Shown: piece by piece, positions 12,946-22,593 of the stretch | Numbering within the stretch: position 1 is the stretch's first letter | How the letters are laid out: each line of letters begins with the position of its first letter | Assembly (NCBI GenBank): GCA_031459915.1 | Contig: JAVKHO010000007.1 | Coordinates: forward strand, 1-64,000 | Direction: 5' to 3' | DNA: 64,000 nt | Origin: Candidatus Tepidifontimicrobium thermophilum | GTDB taxonomy: Bacteria; Sysuimicrobiota; Sysuimicrobiia; Sysuimicrobiales; Sysuimicrobiaceae | Made by a program: the position numbers and the translations under genes | Notes under the pieces: model-generated | What the model was told of the DNA's origin: nothing | The model's input: the letters and a program-made list of their open reading frames with translations, nothing else | The model's database searches: none

Positions 12946-13764
12946 ATGGTGGACGGAAAGACCTACCCCACGGTGGGGTTCGTGGGCGCCGGGAACATGG
13001 CGGAGGCGCTCATCAGCGGCATGCGGGCCGCGGGCTGGCCTGCGGAGCGCATCTGGGTCACGAACCGGTCCAACCGGGCGCGCCTGGACTGGTTGCGGGC
13101 CCGCTACGGGGTGCAGACCACCCAGGAAAAGGAAGCGCTGTGCGGGGCCAGCCAGGTCCTGGTACTGGCCGTGAAGCCCAAGGACGTGCCGGAGGCCACC
13201 AGCCAGCTGAAGCCCCTCGTGCGGCCGGGCCACCGGCTGCTGTCGGTGGTGGCGGGGCTCACCCTGTCCTCCCTGGAGCGGGCTTTCCCCGGAACCCCGG
13301 TGGTGCGGGCCATGCCCAACACCCCCTCCGCGGTGCGGGAGGGTGTCACCGCCTACGCCCTGGGCCGGTGGGCGGGTCAGGAGGACGCGCGCCTCGCGCA
13401 GGAGCTGTTCGGCTCGGTGGGTGCGGTGGTGGAGGTCCCGGAGGAGCGCATCGACCTCGTCACGGGCCTTTCCGGCAGCGGGCCCGCGTACGTGTTCTTC
13501 CTCGTGGAGAGCCTGATTGAGGCGGGGGTGCGGTCGGGACTGCCGCCCGAGGTCGCGCGGGATCTCGTGGTGCAGACGGTGTTCGGTGCGGCCCGGATGC
13601 TGCGGGAAACGGGCGAGGACCCCGCGGAACTGCGCCGGCGGGTCACCTCTCCGGGTGGGACCACCATGGCCGGGGTAGGAGCTCTGGAGGAGCACGGGGT
13701 CAGGGGAGCTTTCCTGGAGGCGGTGCAGCGGGCGGCCCGCAGGGCCCGTGAGCTGGCGTCGTGA
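12946..13764 (+). CDS. proC: Pyrroline-5-carboxylate reductase
   Basis: GFVGAGNMAEA, LAVKP, RAMPNTP, SGSGPAY, VTSPGGTT. Confidence 0.98.
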   Translation: MVDGKTYPTVGFVGAGNMAEALISGMRAAGWPAERIWVTNRSNRARLDWLRARYGVQTTQEKEALCGASQVLVLAVKPKDVPEATSQLKPLVRPGHRLLSVVAGLTLSSLERAFPGTPVVRAMPNTPSAVREGVTAYALGRWAGQEDARLAQELFGSVGAVVEVPEERIDLVTGLSGSGPAYVFFLVESLIEAGVRSGLPPEVARDLVVQTVFGAARMLRETGEDPAELRRRVTSPGGTTMAGVGALEEHGVRGAFLEAVQRAARRARELAS

Positions 13765-14594
13765 CGACCCCCCGGGTGGCCTTCCAGGGAGAGCGGGGGG
13801 CCTTCAGCGAGGAGGCCGCCCTGCGGCAGTTCGGAACCGTGGAGGTGCTGCCCCGACGGACCCTGCGGGAAGTCTTCGAGGCAGTGGCCGAGGGCGACGC
13901 CCACGCGGGAATGGTGCCCGTGGAGAACTCCGAGGCGGGCAGCATCAACGAGACGTACGACCTGCTGCTGCAGTTCCACCACGCCCTCCGGATCACGGGA
14001 GAGGTGACCCTGCGGGTGTCCCACTGCCTGCTGGGGGTACCCGGTACCCGCCTGGACCGCGTGCGGCGCGTTTACTCCCACCCGCAGGCGCTGGCCCAGT
14101 GTGAGCTGTTCCTCCGCCAGCTCGGGGTGGAGGTGATCCCCTACTACGACACCGCGGGCTCCGCGCAGATGCTGGCCCAGAACCCCTCGCGGGAAGCGGC
14201 GGCCATTGCCAGCCGCCGCGCCGCGGAGCTGTACGGCCTGGTGGTGCTGGCGGAGGAGATCCAGACCAACCCGATGAACTACACGCGGTTCCTGTCTGTC
14301 GCCAGGAGCCCGGCGGCCCGGCGGGACCCGAGCAAGACCAGCGTGGTGTTCGCCACCGCCCACCGGCCCGGGGCGCTGTACCGCGCATTGGGGGCGCTGG
14401 CGGAAGAGGGCCTGAACCTGACGAAGCTGGAGAGCCGCCCGGCGCGCCAGGCAGTGTGGGAGTACGTCTTCTACGTGGACTTCGAGGGCCACGAGGAGGA
14501 GGAGAGGGTGCAGCGGGCGCTGGAAGCGCTGCGGGCGCAGTGCCTGTGGGTGATCCGCCTGGGCTCGTACCCCGCGGCGGGGCTGCCCGCATGA
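13761..14594 (+). CDS. pheA: Prephenate dehydratase
   Basis: VAFQGERGAFSE, PVENS, YSHPQALAQC, NYTRF, ACT domain NLTKLESRP. Confidence 0.96.
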   Translation: MTTPRVAFQGERGAFSEEAALRQFGTVEVLPRRTLREVFEAVAEGDAHAGMVPVENSEAGSINETYDLLLQFHHALRITGEVTLRVSHCLLGVPGTRLDRVRRVYSHPQALAQCELFLRQLGVEVIPYYDTAGSAQMLAQNPSREAAAIASRRAAELYGLVVLAEEIQTNPMNYTRFLSVARSPAARRDPSKTSVVFATAHRPGALYRALGALAEEGLNLTKLESRPARQAVWEYVFYVDFEGHEEEERVQRALEALRAQCLWVIRLGSYPAAGLPA

Positions 14595-15625
14595 GACCCT
14601 GGCCAGGGGTCCTGCAGGCGTTCGCGGACCGCCTCCCGGTCAGCGACCGCACCCCGCCGCTTTCCCTCCGGGAGGGCAACACCCCCCTTGTGCCCTCGGT
14701 GTCCATCGCCCGGGACCTGCCGGACGTGGAGCTGTACTTCAAGTGGGAGGGTGCCAACCCCACCGGGTCCTTCAAGGACCGCGGCATGGTGGTGGCGGTG
14801 GCCAAGGCGGCGGAGGCGGGCGCGCGGGCTGTGGTGTGCGCGTCCACGGGCAACACCGCGGCCTCAGCCGCGGCGTACGCGGCCCGCGCCGGGTTGCGGT
14901 GTCTGGTGGTTCTGCCGGAGGGGTCTGTGGCCACGGGCAAGCTGGCCCAGGCCCGCGTGCACGGGGCGGTGGTGGCCAGCGTGCCGTGCTCGTTCGACCA
15001 GGCCCTCCAGCTGGTGCGGGAGGCCAGCGAGCGGCTGCACATCGCCCTGGTGAACTCCCTGAACCCTTACCGGCTGGAGGGACAGAAGACCGCGGCGTTC
15101 GAGATCCTCGACCAGCTGGGAGGGCCGCCCGAGGCGGTGGTCCTCCCCGTGGGGAACGCGGGCAACATCACCGCCTACTGGCGCGGGTTCTGCGAGGCCC
15201 TGCCACCGCACCAGAGGCCCCGCATGTGGGGCGTGCAGGCCGAGGGAGCCGCTCCCATCGTAGTAGGCCGGCCCGTGGAGCACCCGCAGACGGTCGCGAG
15301 CGCCATCCGCATCGGGAAGCCGGCGTCGTGGGAAGGGGCGGTGCGGGCCGCCTCGGAGTCCGGCGGCAGGATTCTTGCCGTCAGCGACGAGGAGATCCTG
15401 CAGGCGCAGGCCCGCCTCGCCAGGGAAGAGGGGCTGTTCGTGGAGCCCGCCTCCGCGGCCTCGGTGGCGGGACTGCTGCGTCTGGTGCGGGAGGGTGTCG
15501 GGATCCGGGGGACGGTGGTGGCGGTCCTCACCGGCCACGGTCTCAAGGACCCGAGCACCGCGGACCGGGCGCCGCAGCCGGTGCACGTGGAGCCCACCGT
15601 GGAGGCCCTCGCCTCGCTCCTGTAG
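14591..15625 (+). CDS. thrC: Threonine synthase
   Basis: EGNTPL, NPTGSFKDRG, CASTGNT, PVGNAGN, LTGHGLKDP. Confidence 0.96.
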   Translation: MRPWPGVLQAFADRLPVSDRTPPLSLREGNTPLVPSVSIARDLPDVELYFKWEGANPTGSFKDRGMVVAVAKAAEAGARAVVCASTGNTAASAAAYAARAGLRCLVVLPEGSVATGKLAQARVHGAVVASVPCSFDQALQLVREASERLHIALVNSLNPYRLEGQKTAAFEILDQLGGPPEAVVLPVGNAGNITAYWRGFCEALPPHQRPRMWGVQAEGAAPIVVGRPVEHPQTVASAIRIGKPASWEGAVRAASESGGRILAVSDEEILQAQARLAREEGLFVEPASAASVAGLLRLVREGVGIRGTVVAVLTGHGLKDPSTADRAPQPVHVEPTVEALASLL

Positions 15626-15666
15626 GGCTGTCCTATCCGGTCGACCAGCCGGTAGAATCGAGCGAG

Positions 15667-16941
15667 ATGCTGCGCGTGGGGCTTCTGGGACTGGGCACCG
15701 TGGGCAGCGCGGTGGTGCGCCGGCTGCAGGACAGCGCCACCGAGCTGGCCCACCGCGCGGGCATGCCCCTGGTCCTCCGCAGGGTGGCGGTGGCGCACCT
15801 GGACAAGCCGCGGCAGGTGTCGGTGGACCGCGACCTGCTCACCGACGACGCGTGGCAGGTGGTGCGCGATCCCGAGGTGGACGTGGTGGTGGAGCTGATC
15901 GGCGGGATCGAGCCTGCCCGCAGTTACGTGCACGAGGCCCTGAGCCTGGGCAAGTCCGTGGTCACTGCCAACAAGCAGCTCATGGCCAGCCGAGGCCGGG
16001 AGCTCCTGGAGGCGGCAGAGGCTTCGGGAGCCGACCTGTTCTTCGAGGCCAGCGTGGCGGGCGGGATCCCGGTGATCCGGACCCTCAAGGAGTCCCTGGC
16101 GGGCGACCGGGTGCGGGAGATCGCCGCCATCCTGAACGGCACCACCAACTACATCCTCACGCGGATGGACGAGGAGGGGCTGTCCTTCGCGGAGGCGTTG
16201 AGCGAGGCGCAGCGCCTCGGGTTCGCGGAGAGCGACCCCACGGAGGACGTCGAGGGGCACGACGCCGCGGCCAAGCTGGCCATCCTGGCCAGCGTGGCCT
16301 TCAACAGCCGGGTGGTGCGCAGCGACGTCCACTGCGAGGGGATCGCACAGGTCACGCAGCGGGAAGTGGCCTACACGAAGAGCCTGGGGTTCACCCTGAA
16401 GCTGGTGGCCCACGCCCGGGACCTGGGGGAGGAAGTGGAGGTGGCGGTGTACCCCGCACTGCTGCCCAGCTCGCACCCCCTGGCCTCGGTGCGGCGCGAG
16501 TTCAACGCGGTGTGGATGCGGGCTGAGGCCGCGGGCGAGCTGCTCCTGTACGGCCGGGGGGCCGGTGGGGACCCCACGGCCTCCGCGGTGCTGTCGGACC
16601 TCGTGGCGGTGGCCCGGAACCGGCGCCACAACGCGCACGGCCGGGTCAGCTGCACCTGCTACCACCGGAAGGTGGTCCGCAGCTCCGCAGACCGGGTGCT
16701 CGCCGCGTGCCTGGTGTTGCGGGTGGTGGACCGGCCGGGGGTGTTCGCCCAGGTGGCCTCGGCCTTCGGCGAGGAGCACGTGAGCCTGCACTCCATCGTC
16801 CAGCAGAGTCGAGGGGAGGAGGCGGACGTGCTGCTGCGCACGCACCCCGCGGCCGAGCGGGCCCTGCGGGCGGTCCTGCACCGGCTGCACCGCATGCCCG
16901 TGGTGCGGGGCTGCAGCCCGTTGCTGCGGGTGATCGAGTAA
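15667..16941 (+). CDS. hom: Homoserine dehydrogenase with ACT domain
   Basis: [47 protein letters not shown]. Confidence 0.97.
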   Translation: MLRVGLLGLGTVGSAVVRRLQDSATELAHRAGMPLVLRRVAVAHLDKPRQVSVDRDLLTDDAWQVVRDPEVDVVVELIGGIEPARSYVHEALSLGKSVVTANKQLMASRGRELLEAAEASGADLFFEASVAGGIPVIRTLKESLAGDRVREIAAILNGTTNYILTRMDEEGLSFAEALSEAQRLGFAESDPTEDVEGHDAAAKLAILASVAFNSRVVRSDVHCEGIAQVTQREVAYTKSLGFTLKLVAHARDLGEEVEVAVYPALLPSSHPLASVRREFNAVWMRAEAAGELLLYGRGAGGDPTASAVLSDLVAVARNRRHNAHGRVSCTCYHRKVVRSSADRVLAACLVLRVVDRPGVFAQVASAFGEEHVSLHSIVQQSRGEEADVLLRTHPAAERALRAVLHRLHRMPVVRGCSPLLRVIE

Positions 16942-16966
16942 AGCCGACCCGGAGGATGGAGCGACC

Positions 16967-18181
16967 ATGAGCCTGATCGTGCAGAAGTTCGGCGGCAGCT
17001 CGGTGGCGACCCCGGAGCGCGTGTTCCACGTGGCGCGGCGGGTGGCCCGGACCCGGCGGGCGGGGCACCAGGTGGTGGTGGTGGTCTCCGCGCCGGGCGA
17101 CACCACGGACGAGTTGATCCAGCGTGCCCACCGGATCACGGAGCGGCCCTCGCCGCGGGAGCTGGACATGCTGCTGGCGGTGGGCGAGCAGATCTCCATC
17201 GCCCTGCTGGCCATGGCCCTGCAGGAGGAAGGGGAGCGGGCGACGTCCCTGACGGGCTGGCAGGTCCGCATCCTCACCGAACCGGTGCACACCAAGGCCC
17301 GCATCCTGGACGTGGAACGGGGCCGGCTGCTGGACGAGCTGAGCCGCGGCCGCATCCCCGTGGTGGCGGGCTTCCAGGGGGTCACGGCCTCCGGAGAGCT
17401 CACCACCCTGGGGCGCGGCGGGTCCGACACCACCGCGGTGGCCGTGGCCGCGGCGCTGGGGGCGGACGTGTGCGAGATCTACACGGACGTGCCCGGAGTG
17501 TTCACCGCGGACCCGCGGCTGGTGCCCACGGCCCGGAAGCTAGCTTACCTCACCTACGACGAGATGCTGGAGATGGCGTCCTCGGGCGCGGTGGTGGTGC
17601 AGACCCGGGCCGCGGAGTACGCCAAGCTGCACCGGGTCCGGTTGCACGTGCGCAGCACGTTCGAGGACAGCGAGGGGACCATCATCGGGGAGGAGCCCAT
17701 GGAACCGGTACGGTCCGTCAACGCGGTGACGCACGACCTGGACGTGTGCAAGATCACCGTCCAGGACCTTCCCGACGTGCCGGGGGTGGCGCACCGGCTG
17801 TTCGGGGTGCTGGCGGAAGCCCACGTGAACGTGGACATGATCGTGCAGACCGCCAGCCGGGGCGGCCGGGCGGACATCTCCTTCACCGTCAGCCGCGGGG
17901 ACGCCCGGGCGGCGGTGGAGGGCGCGGAGCGGGTGGCGAGGGAGCTGGGGGCCAGCAAGGTGGAGAGCGAGGAGGGGGTAGCGAAGGTTTCCGTGGTGGG
18001 GGCAGGGATGGTGAGCAACCCCGGCGTGGCCGCCACTATGTTCGGCGCCCTGGCTGCGGAGCAGATCAACATACAGATGATCAGTACGTCCGAGATCAAG
18101 ATCTCCTGCGTGATCGACGCCGCCTCCGTGCCCCGGGCGGTCCGGGCGCTCCACCGGGCCTTCAACCTCGAGGAGGAGTAG
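16967..18181 (+). CDS. lysC: Aspartate kinase
   Basis: [27 protein letters not shown], two ACT domains, ISTSEIKIS. Confidence 0.97.
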   Translation: MSLIVQKFGGSSVATPERVFHVARRVARTRRAGHQVVVVVSAPGDTTDELIQRAHRITERPSPRELDMLLAVGEQISIALLAMALQEEGERATSLTGWQVRILTEPVHTKARILDVERGRLLDELSRGRIPVVAGFQGVTASGELTTLGRGGSDTTAVAVAAALGADVCEIYTDVPGVFTADPRLVPTARKLAYLTYDEMLEMASSGAVVVQTRAAEYAKLHRVRLHVRSTFEDSEGTIIGEEPMEPVRSVNAVTHDLDVCKITVQDLPDVPGVAHRLFGVLAEAHVNVDMIVQTASRGGRADISFTVSRGDARAAVEGAERVARELGASKVESEEGVAKVSVVGAGMVSNPGVAATMFGALAAEQINIQMISTSEIKISCVIDAASVPRAVRALHRAFNLEEE

Positions 18182-18292
18182 AAACCCGAACGTTCGGCAG
18201 CAACTGCCTAGACCCCCGCCGGACTGCGTGACTAGGATGGTGCCGGGGTTCGGGTTTTCCCTTCTCCATGTCCGTAAACGTCGAACAGGGAG

Positions 18293-19702
18293 GTGGTGGC
18301 GTTGGCGCAGACGCACGCCCTCCCCGCGCAGCCGGGGTGGCTGGAGCGGACCTTCCAGCTGAGCGAACGCGGGACCACGGTGACCACGGAGGTCCGGGCG
18401 GGCCTGGCGACCTTCATGGTCATGGCCTACATCATCTTCGTGAACCCCAGCATCCTGGGACAGGTAGCGGATCCCACGGGGGCGAAGATGCCGTTTCCCG
18501 CGACCCTGACGGTGACCTGCCTCACCGCGGGGGTGCTGAGCATCCTGATGGGTCTGGCGTCCAACTACCCGTTCGCGCTGGCGCCGGGGATGGGACTCAA
18601 CGCGGTGGTGACGTTCCAGCTGGTAGGGGCGCTGAAGCTCACCTGGCCGCAGGCCATGTCCGTGATCCTTTTGGAGGGCCTGGTGATCCTGGTGCTGGTC
18701 CTCACCCGCTTCCGGGAGGCGGTGATGGAGGCCATCCCCATGTCGCTGAAGCGGGCCATCGGTGTGGGCATCGGTCTGTTCATCGCCATCATCGGCTTCG
18801 TCAACGGCGGCTTCGTGTCCCGGGGAGAGGCCACGGCCCTCACCCTGGGCCAGCTCCACACCCTGCCCGTGGCGGTTTTCGTGCTAGGGTTTCTGATCAC
18901 CGGCTACCTGCTGGCCCGGCGGGTGCGGGGGGCCCTGCTGTACGGCATCCTGCTCACCACCGCCGTCGCCATCGTGGCCAACGCCCTGTGGGGCGGCGGG
19001 AAGGCCTTCGGCCTGTCCGCGGTCCTGCCGGAGCGGTGGCTGGCCGCCCCTGCGGGTCTGTGGGGGCCGGACCGCATCTTCGGGCGCGTCGACTTCGGGT
19101 TCTTCGCCACCCTGGGGGTCACCACCGCGGTGCTGGTGACCTTCTCCATCATGCTGGCGGACTTCTTCGACACCATGGGGACGGTGGTCGGCATCGGGGC
19201 GGAGGCGGGCTTTCTGGACGAGCAGGGTCGGCTGCCCCGCATCCGGCAGGTCCTGCTGGTGGACTCCCTGGGCGCGGCGCTGGGTGGGTTCGCCAACAGC
19301 AGCAGCAACACCACGTACATCGAGAGCGCGGCAGGCGTGGCGGAGGGAGGACGCACCGGGTTGGCCTCGGTGGTGGTGGGGGTGCTGTTCCTGCTGGCCA
19401 TGTTCCTGAACCCTGTAGCGGGGGTGATCCCCAAGGAGGCCACCGCGCCGGCCCTCATCCTCGTGGGGTTCTTCATGATGACGGTGGCCCGGGACATCCC
19501 GTGGACGGAGTACGAGGAGGCGATCCCGGCCTTCGTCACCATGCTGGTGATGCCGTTCACGTGGAGCATCACCAACGGCATCGGGGCGGGGTTCATCACG
19601 TACACGGTGCTGAAGGTGCTGTCCGGCAAGGCGAGAGAGGTCCGGCCGCTGATGTGGGGGGCCGCCGCCGCCTTCGTGGTGTACTTCCTGTTCCCCGCGT
19701 GA
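18293..19702 (+). CDS. NCS2/AzgA-family purine permease
   Basis: TEVRAGLATFMVMAYIIFVNP, APGMGLNA, DFFDTMGT, TYIESAAGVAEGGRTG. Confidence 0.95.
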   Translation: MVALAQTHALPAQPGWLERTFQLSERGTTVTTEVRAGLATFMVMAYIIFVNPSILGQVADPTGAKMPFPATLTVTCLTAGVLSILMGLASNYPFALAPGMGLNAVVTFQLVGALKLTWPQAMSVILLEGLVILVLVLTRFREAVMEAIPMSLKRAIGVGIGLFIAIIGFVNGGFVSRGEATALTLGQLHTLPVAVFVLGFLITGYLLARRVRGALLYGILLTTAVAIVANALWGGGKAFGLSAVLPERWLAAPAGLWGPDRIFGRVDFGFFATLGVTTAVLVTFSIMLADFFDTMGTVVGIGAEAGFLDEQGRLPRIRQVLLVDSLGAALGGFANSSSNTTYIESAAGVAEGGRTGLASVVVGVLFLLAMFLNPVAGVIPKEATAPALILVGFFMMTVARDIPWTEYEEAIPAFVTMLVMPFTWSITNGIGAGFITYTVLKVLSGKAREVRPLMWGAAAAFVVYFLFPA

Positions 19703-19706
19703 ACGG

Positions 19707-20498
19707 GTGCGCTCGGGCCTGGTCAGTCTGCTGACCGACTTCGGGCCGGACAGCCGGTACGCCGCAGAGGTGCGGGCGGTGCTGCTGGCGCCGGTACCGG
19801 GAGCGCGCCTCCAGGTGGTGGACATCAGCCACGCGGTCCGGCGCCATCACGTCCGGGAGGGAGCGTACGTCCTGCGGTCGGCTGTGGCTAGTTTCCCCGC
19901 TGGGACCGTGCACCTGGCGGTGGTGGACCCCGGGGTGGGCACTGAACGACGGGCCGTGGTGGTGCGCTCGGGCGGCCACCTGCTGGTGGGACCAGACAAC
20001 GGCCTGCTTTTGCCTGCAGCCCGGGTGCTGGGCCTTCCGGAGGTACGGCAGCTCACCCACCCGGACCTGCGGCGTCCGCAGGTGTCGCCGACCTTCTGGG
20101 GCCGGGACGTGTTCGCGCCCGCGGCCCGCTGGCTCGCCCTGGGTTTCCCCTTCGAGGACGTGGGGCCGGAGGTCTCGGACCCGGTAGAGCTGCAGGAGAA
20201 GGTCCCGGAGCGCGGGGCGGACTGGTTGAGCGGGGAGGTGGCGTCCTCAGACAGCTTTGGCAACCTCGCCACCAACATTCCCGGCGCCTGGCTGGACCCG
20301 CTCCCACAGGCCCTTTGGGTCCAGGTGGGGGAACGGACGCACCGCGCCCTCAAGGTGCGCACGTACGCGGACGGGGACCCGGGAGCCCTGGTGGTGCTGG
20401 TGGGTAGCGACGGGTTCGTGGAGGTGGCAGTACGGGAGGGCGACGCCGCCGCCCGCCTGGGCCTGGGGCCGGGGGACCCCGTGGTCCTCCGGGCGTGA
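19707..20498 (+). CDS. DUF62 SAM hydroxide adenosyltransferase (chlorinase/fluorinase-like family)
   Basis: LLTDFG, VDISH, VVDPGVGTERR, GPDNG, SPTFWGRDVFAP, DSFGN. Confidence 0.92.
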   Translation: MRSGLVSLLTDFGPDSRYAAEVRAVLLAPVPGARLQVVDISHAVRRHHVREGAYVLRSAVASFPAGTVHLAVVDPGVGTERRAVVVRSGGHLLVGPDNGLLLPAARVLGLPEVRQLTHPDLRRPQVSPTFWGRDVFAPAARWLALGFPFEDVGPEVSDPVELQEKVPERGADWLSGEVASSDSFGNLATNIPGAWLDPLPQALWVQVGERTHRALKVRTYADGDPGALVVLVGSDGFVEVAVREGDAAARLGLGPGDPVVLRA

Positions 20499-20568
20499 CC
20501 CCGCCGCCCACGAGGGCGTTACAATGGCCACAAACAGTTCTCGGTGGAACGTGAGGAGAGGAGGCCCT

Positions 20569-21912
20569 ATGGGAATACGGCGCTGGGCCAGGGTCGCGGG
20601 AGCGGTCGGTCTGGTGGCCGTGCTGCTGGCCACGGCGCTTCCCGCAGCACAGGCGGCGGACGCGTCGCTGGTCTTCCGGGTGGTGGAGCTGCTGCGGGAC
20701 GAGCACGTGGCGCGGCCGGACCCCGTGCAGCTGTACCGGGCGGCCCTTGCGGGCCTTCGGGAGGCCCTGCAGCGCGCGGGGATCCAGACGCCGCTTGCGG
20801 ACCTGTTCGCGCGCGACGAGGACCACGCGCGGGAGCAGTTCCAGCTGCGCTTCGACCAGGCGGTGCGGGCTGCATCCGGCCGGCTTACGGAGCGGGAGTT
20901 GCAGTTCGCCGCCGCGCGGGCGGCGGCCGGTAGCCTGCGGGACTCCCACACGGGCTTCATCCCCCCTGAGCGGCTGGCGGAGCTGCGGCGCCAGCAGCAG
21001 AACGAGGCGGCCTTCACCGGCATCGGCATCCTGTTGCTGACCAAGGACGGGAAGTTCTACGCGCGCCTGGTCTTCTCAGGCAGCCCCGCGCAACGGGCGG
21101 GGTTGCGGCCCTTCGACCGCATCCTGGCCATCGACGGGGTCAGCACCGAGGGGATGACCGTTGGTGATGTGTCCAGCCGCATCCGCGGGCCGCAGGGGAC
21201 TGCTGTCACCCTCACGGTCCGGCGTCCCGGACAGCCGGCACCTCTGGTGGTGTCCGTCGTGCGCGAGCCCATCGTGGTCCCGTCCGTGGAGTGGGCGGTG
21301 CTGGACGGACAAGTAGGCTACGTACGCCTCGGGCAGTTCAACCAGGGCTCCAGCGCGAGGCTGGCCCGGGCGGTGGGCGAGCTCCAGCAGCAGGGGATCC
21401 GGGGGCTTGTGCTGGACCTGAGGGGAAACCCGGGCGGGTTCGTGTCCGAGCTGAACCGGGTGGCGGAGCTGTTCCTGCCGCGGGGCGTGGTGGTGTACAC
21501 GCTGGAAAGCCGCGAAGAGGGCCGGCGGAGCTACGTGACCCGTTCCGGGCCGATGCTGGACGCCGCACTGCCCATGGTGGTCCTGGTGGACGACGACACC
21601 GCCAGTGCCGCGGAGCTGTTGAGCGCGGCCCTGCGAGACCACGGCCGCGCTCCTCTTGTGGGTGTGCGGACCGCGGGGGCGGTGCTGGTGAGCGTGACCT
21701 TCCCGCTGCCGGGCGGTGCTGGACTCAGCGTGGCCATCGCCCGCATGCTGACCCCGAGGGGAGAGGAGCTGGAGGGCCGGGGGATCCAGCCGGACGTGCA
21801 GGTCGACCTCACGGTGGCGGACCTCGACAGCGGCACGGACAGCCAGCTGGTTCGGGGCCGGGAGGAGCTGGCCCGTATCGCCCGGCAGGGCGATCTCCTG
21901 CCTGTTCGCTGA
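20569..21912 (+). CDS. Secreted S41 family peptidase with PDZ domain
   Basis: Signal peptide; DSHTGF, PDZ GIGI..GSPAQRAGL, LDLRGNPGG, TASAAE, TAGAVL. Confidence 0.9.
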   Translation: MGIRRWARVAGAVGLVAVLLATALPAAQAADASLVFRVVELLRDEHVARPDPVQLYRAALAGLREALQRAGIQTPLADLFARDEDHAREQFQLRFDQAVRAASGRLTERELQFAAARAAAGSLRDSHTGFIPPERLAELRRQQQNEAAFTGIGILLLTKDGKFYARLVFSGSPAQRAGLRPFDRILAIDGVSTEGMTVGDVSSRIRGPQGTAVTLTVRRPGQPAPLVVSVVREPIVVPSVEWAVLDGQVGYVRLGQFNQGSSARLARAVGELQQQGIRGLVLDLRGNPGGFVSELNRVAELFLPRGVVVYTLESREEGRRSYVTRSGPMLDAALPMVVLVDDDTASAAELLSAALRDHGRAPLVGVRTAGAVLVSVTFPLPGGAGLSVAIARMLTPRGEELEGRGIQPDVQVDLTVADLDSGTDSQLVRGREELARIARQGDLLPVR

Positions 21913-21915
21913 CCG

Positions 21916-22593
21916 TTGCCGCGGGGACCCGTCCCCACGCAGGCGCACGGGCACGAGGCGGAGGTGCGCTTCCGCCTGTTTTCCGCGCGGGGGTTCGGTA
22001 GGCGGGTGGAAGCGGCCGGCGGCCAGTTGCGGTTCGCCTATGCCTTCACGGACACGGTGCTGCGTCCCACACGTCCCCGCAGGGGAGCGGAGGGCGAGGT
22101 GGTGCTGCGGCTTCGGGAGGAGCGCAGGCCGCAGTTCCGTTGCAGGCTGCTGCTGAGCTCCGCTGAGGTCCACAGTACCCAGGGGTTTGCGGTCAAGCGG
22201 TCGGCGCTACCGGGCGGCAAGGTTCAGCTGTACGAGGGTGGGCGCGGCGACGCGCTGCGGGTGGCCCGCGCCCTGGGCTTCGAGCCGGCCTTCCGGATCC
22301 GCCACGAGCGCGGCAGGGCCTGGACGCTACCCGGAGGCGTGGAGGTGGTGCTGGAGAGGGTCCACGCGTACGGAGGCGGCCGTGAGGTGGACCTCGGCTG
22401 GTGGGTGGAGGTGGCGGTGCGAGACGGCCCGGTGGCCCGGCGGCGACTGGCCTCCACCCTGACGCGCCTGGGGCTGGACCCTCGGAGCGCGGTCGCCCAA
22501 GGGCTCCCCGAGGTAGCGGGGCGGACCCTGGAAGGGGCCACCAGGCGCTGCGTCGAACCCCCGCGTTCAAACCCCCGCAGGAGGAGGCCATGA
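21916..22593 (+). CDS. Hypothetical protein, possible CYTH-like fold
   Basis: N-terminal EAEVRFR (ExExK-like), LRLR, ALGF, LGWWVEV; stop overlaps trpB2 start. Confidence 0.5.
   Translation: MPRGPVPTQAHGHEAEVRFRLFSARGFGRRVEAAGGQLRFAYAFTDTVLRPTRPRRGAEGEVVLRLREERRPQFRCRLLLSSAEVHSTQGFAVKRSALPGGKVQLYEGGRGDALRVARALGFEPAFRIRHERGRAWTLPGGVEVVLERVHAYGGGREVDLGWWVEVAVRDGPVARRRLASTLTRLGLDPRSAVAQGLPEVAGRTLEGATRRCVEPPRSNPRRRRP

Noticed and set aside
18240..18290. Purine riboswitch suggested by CCGTAAA before the NCS2 permease
   Set aside because: TTTCTACC junction and P2 loop consensus are absent and P3 does not pair.
19707..20498. Halogenase (fluorinase/chlorinase) call
   Set aside because: No secondary-metabolite context; family membership alone does not support halogenation.
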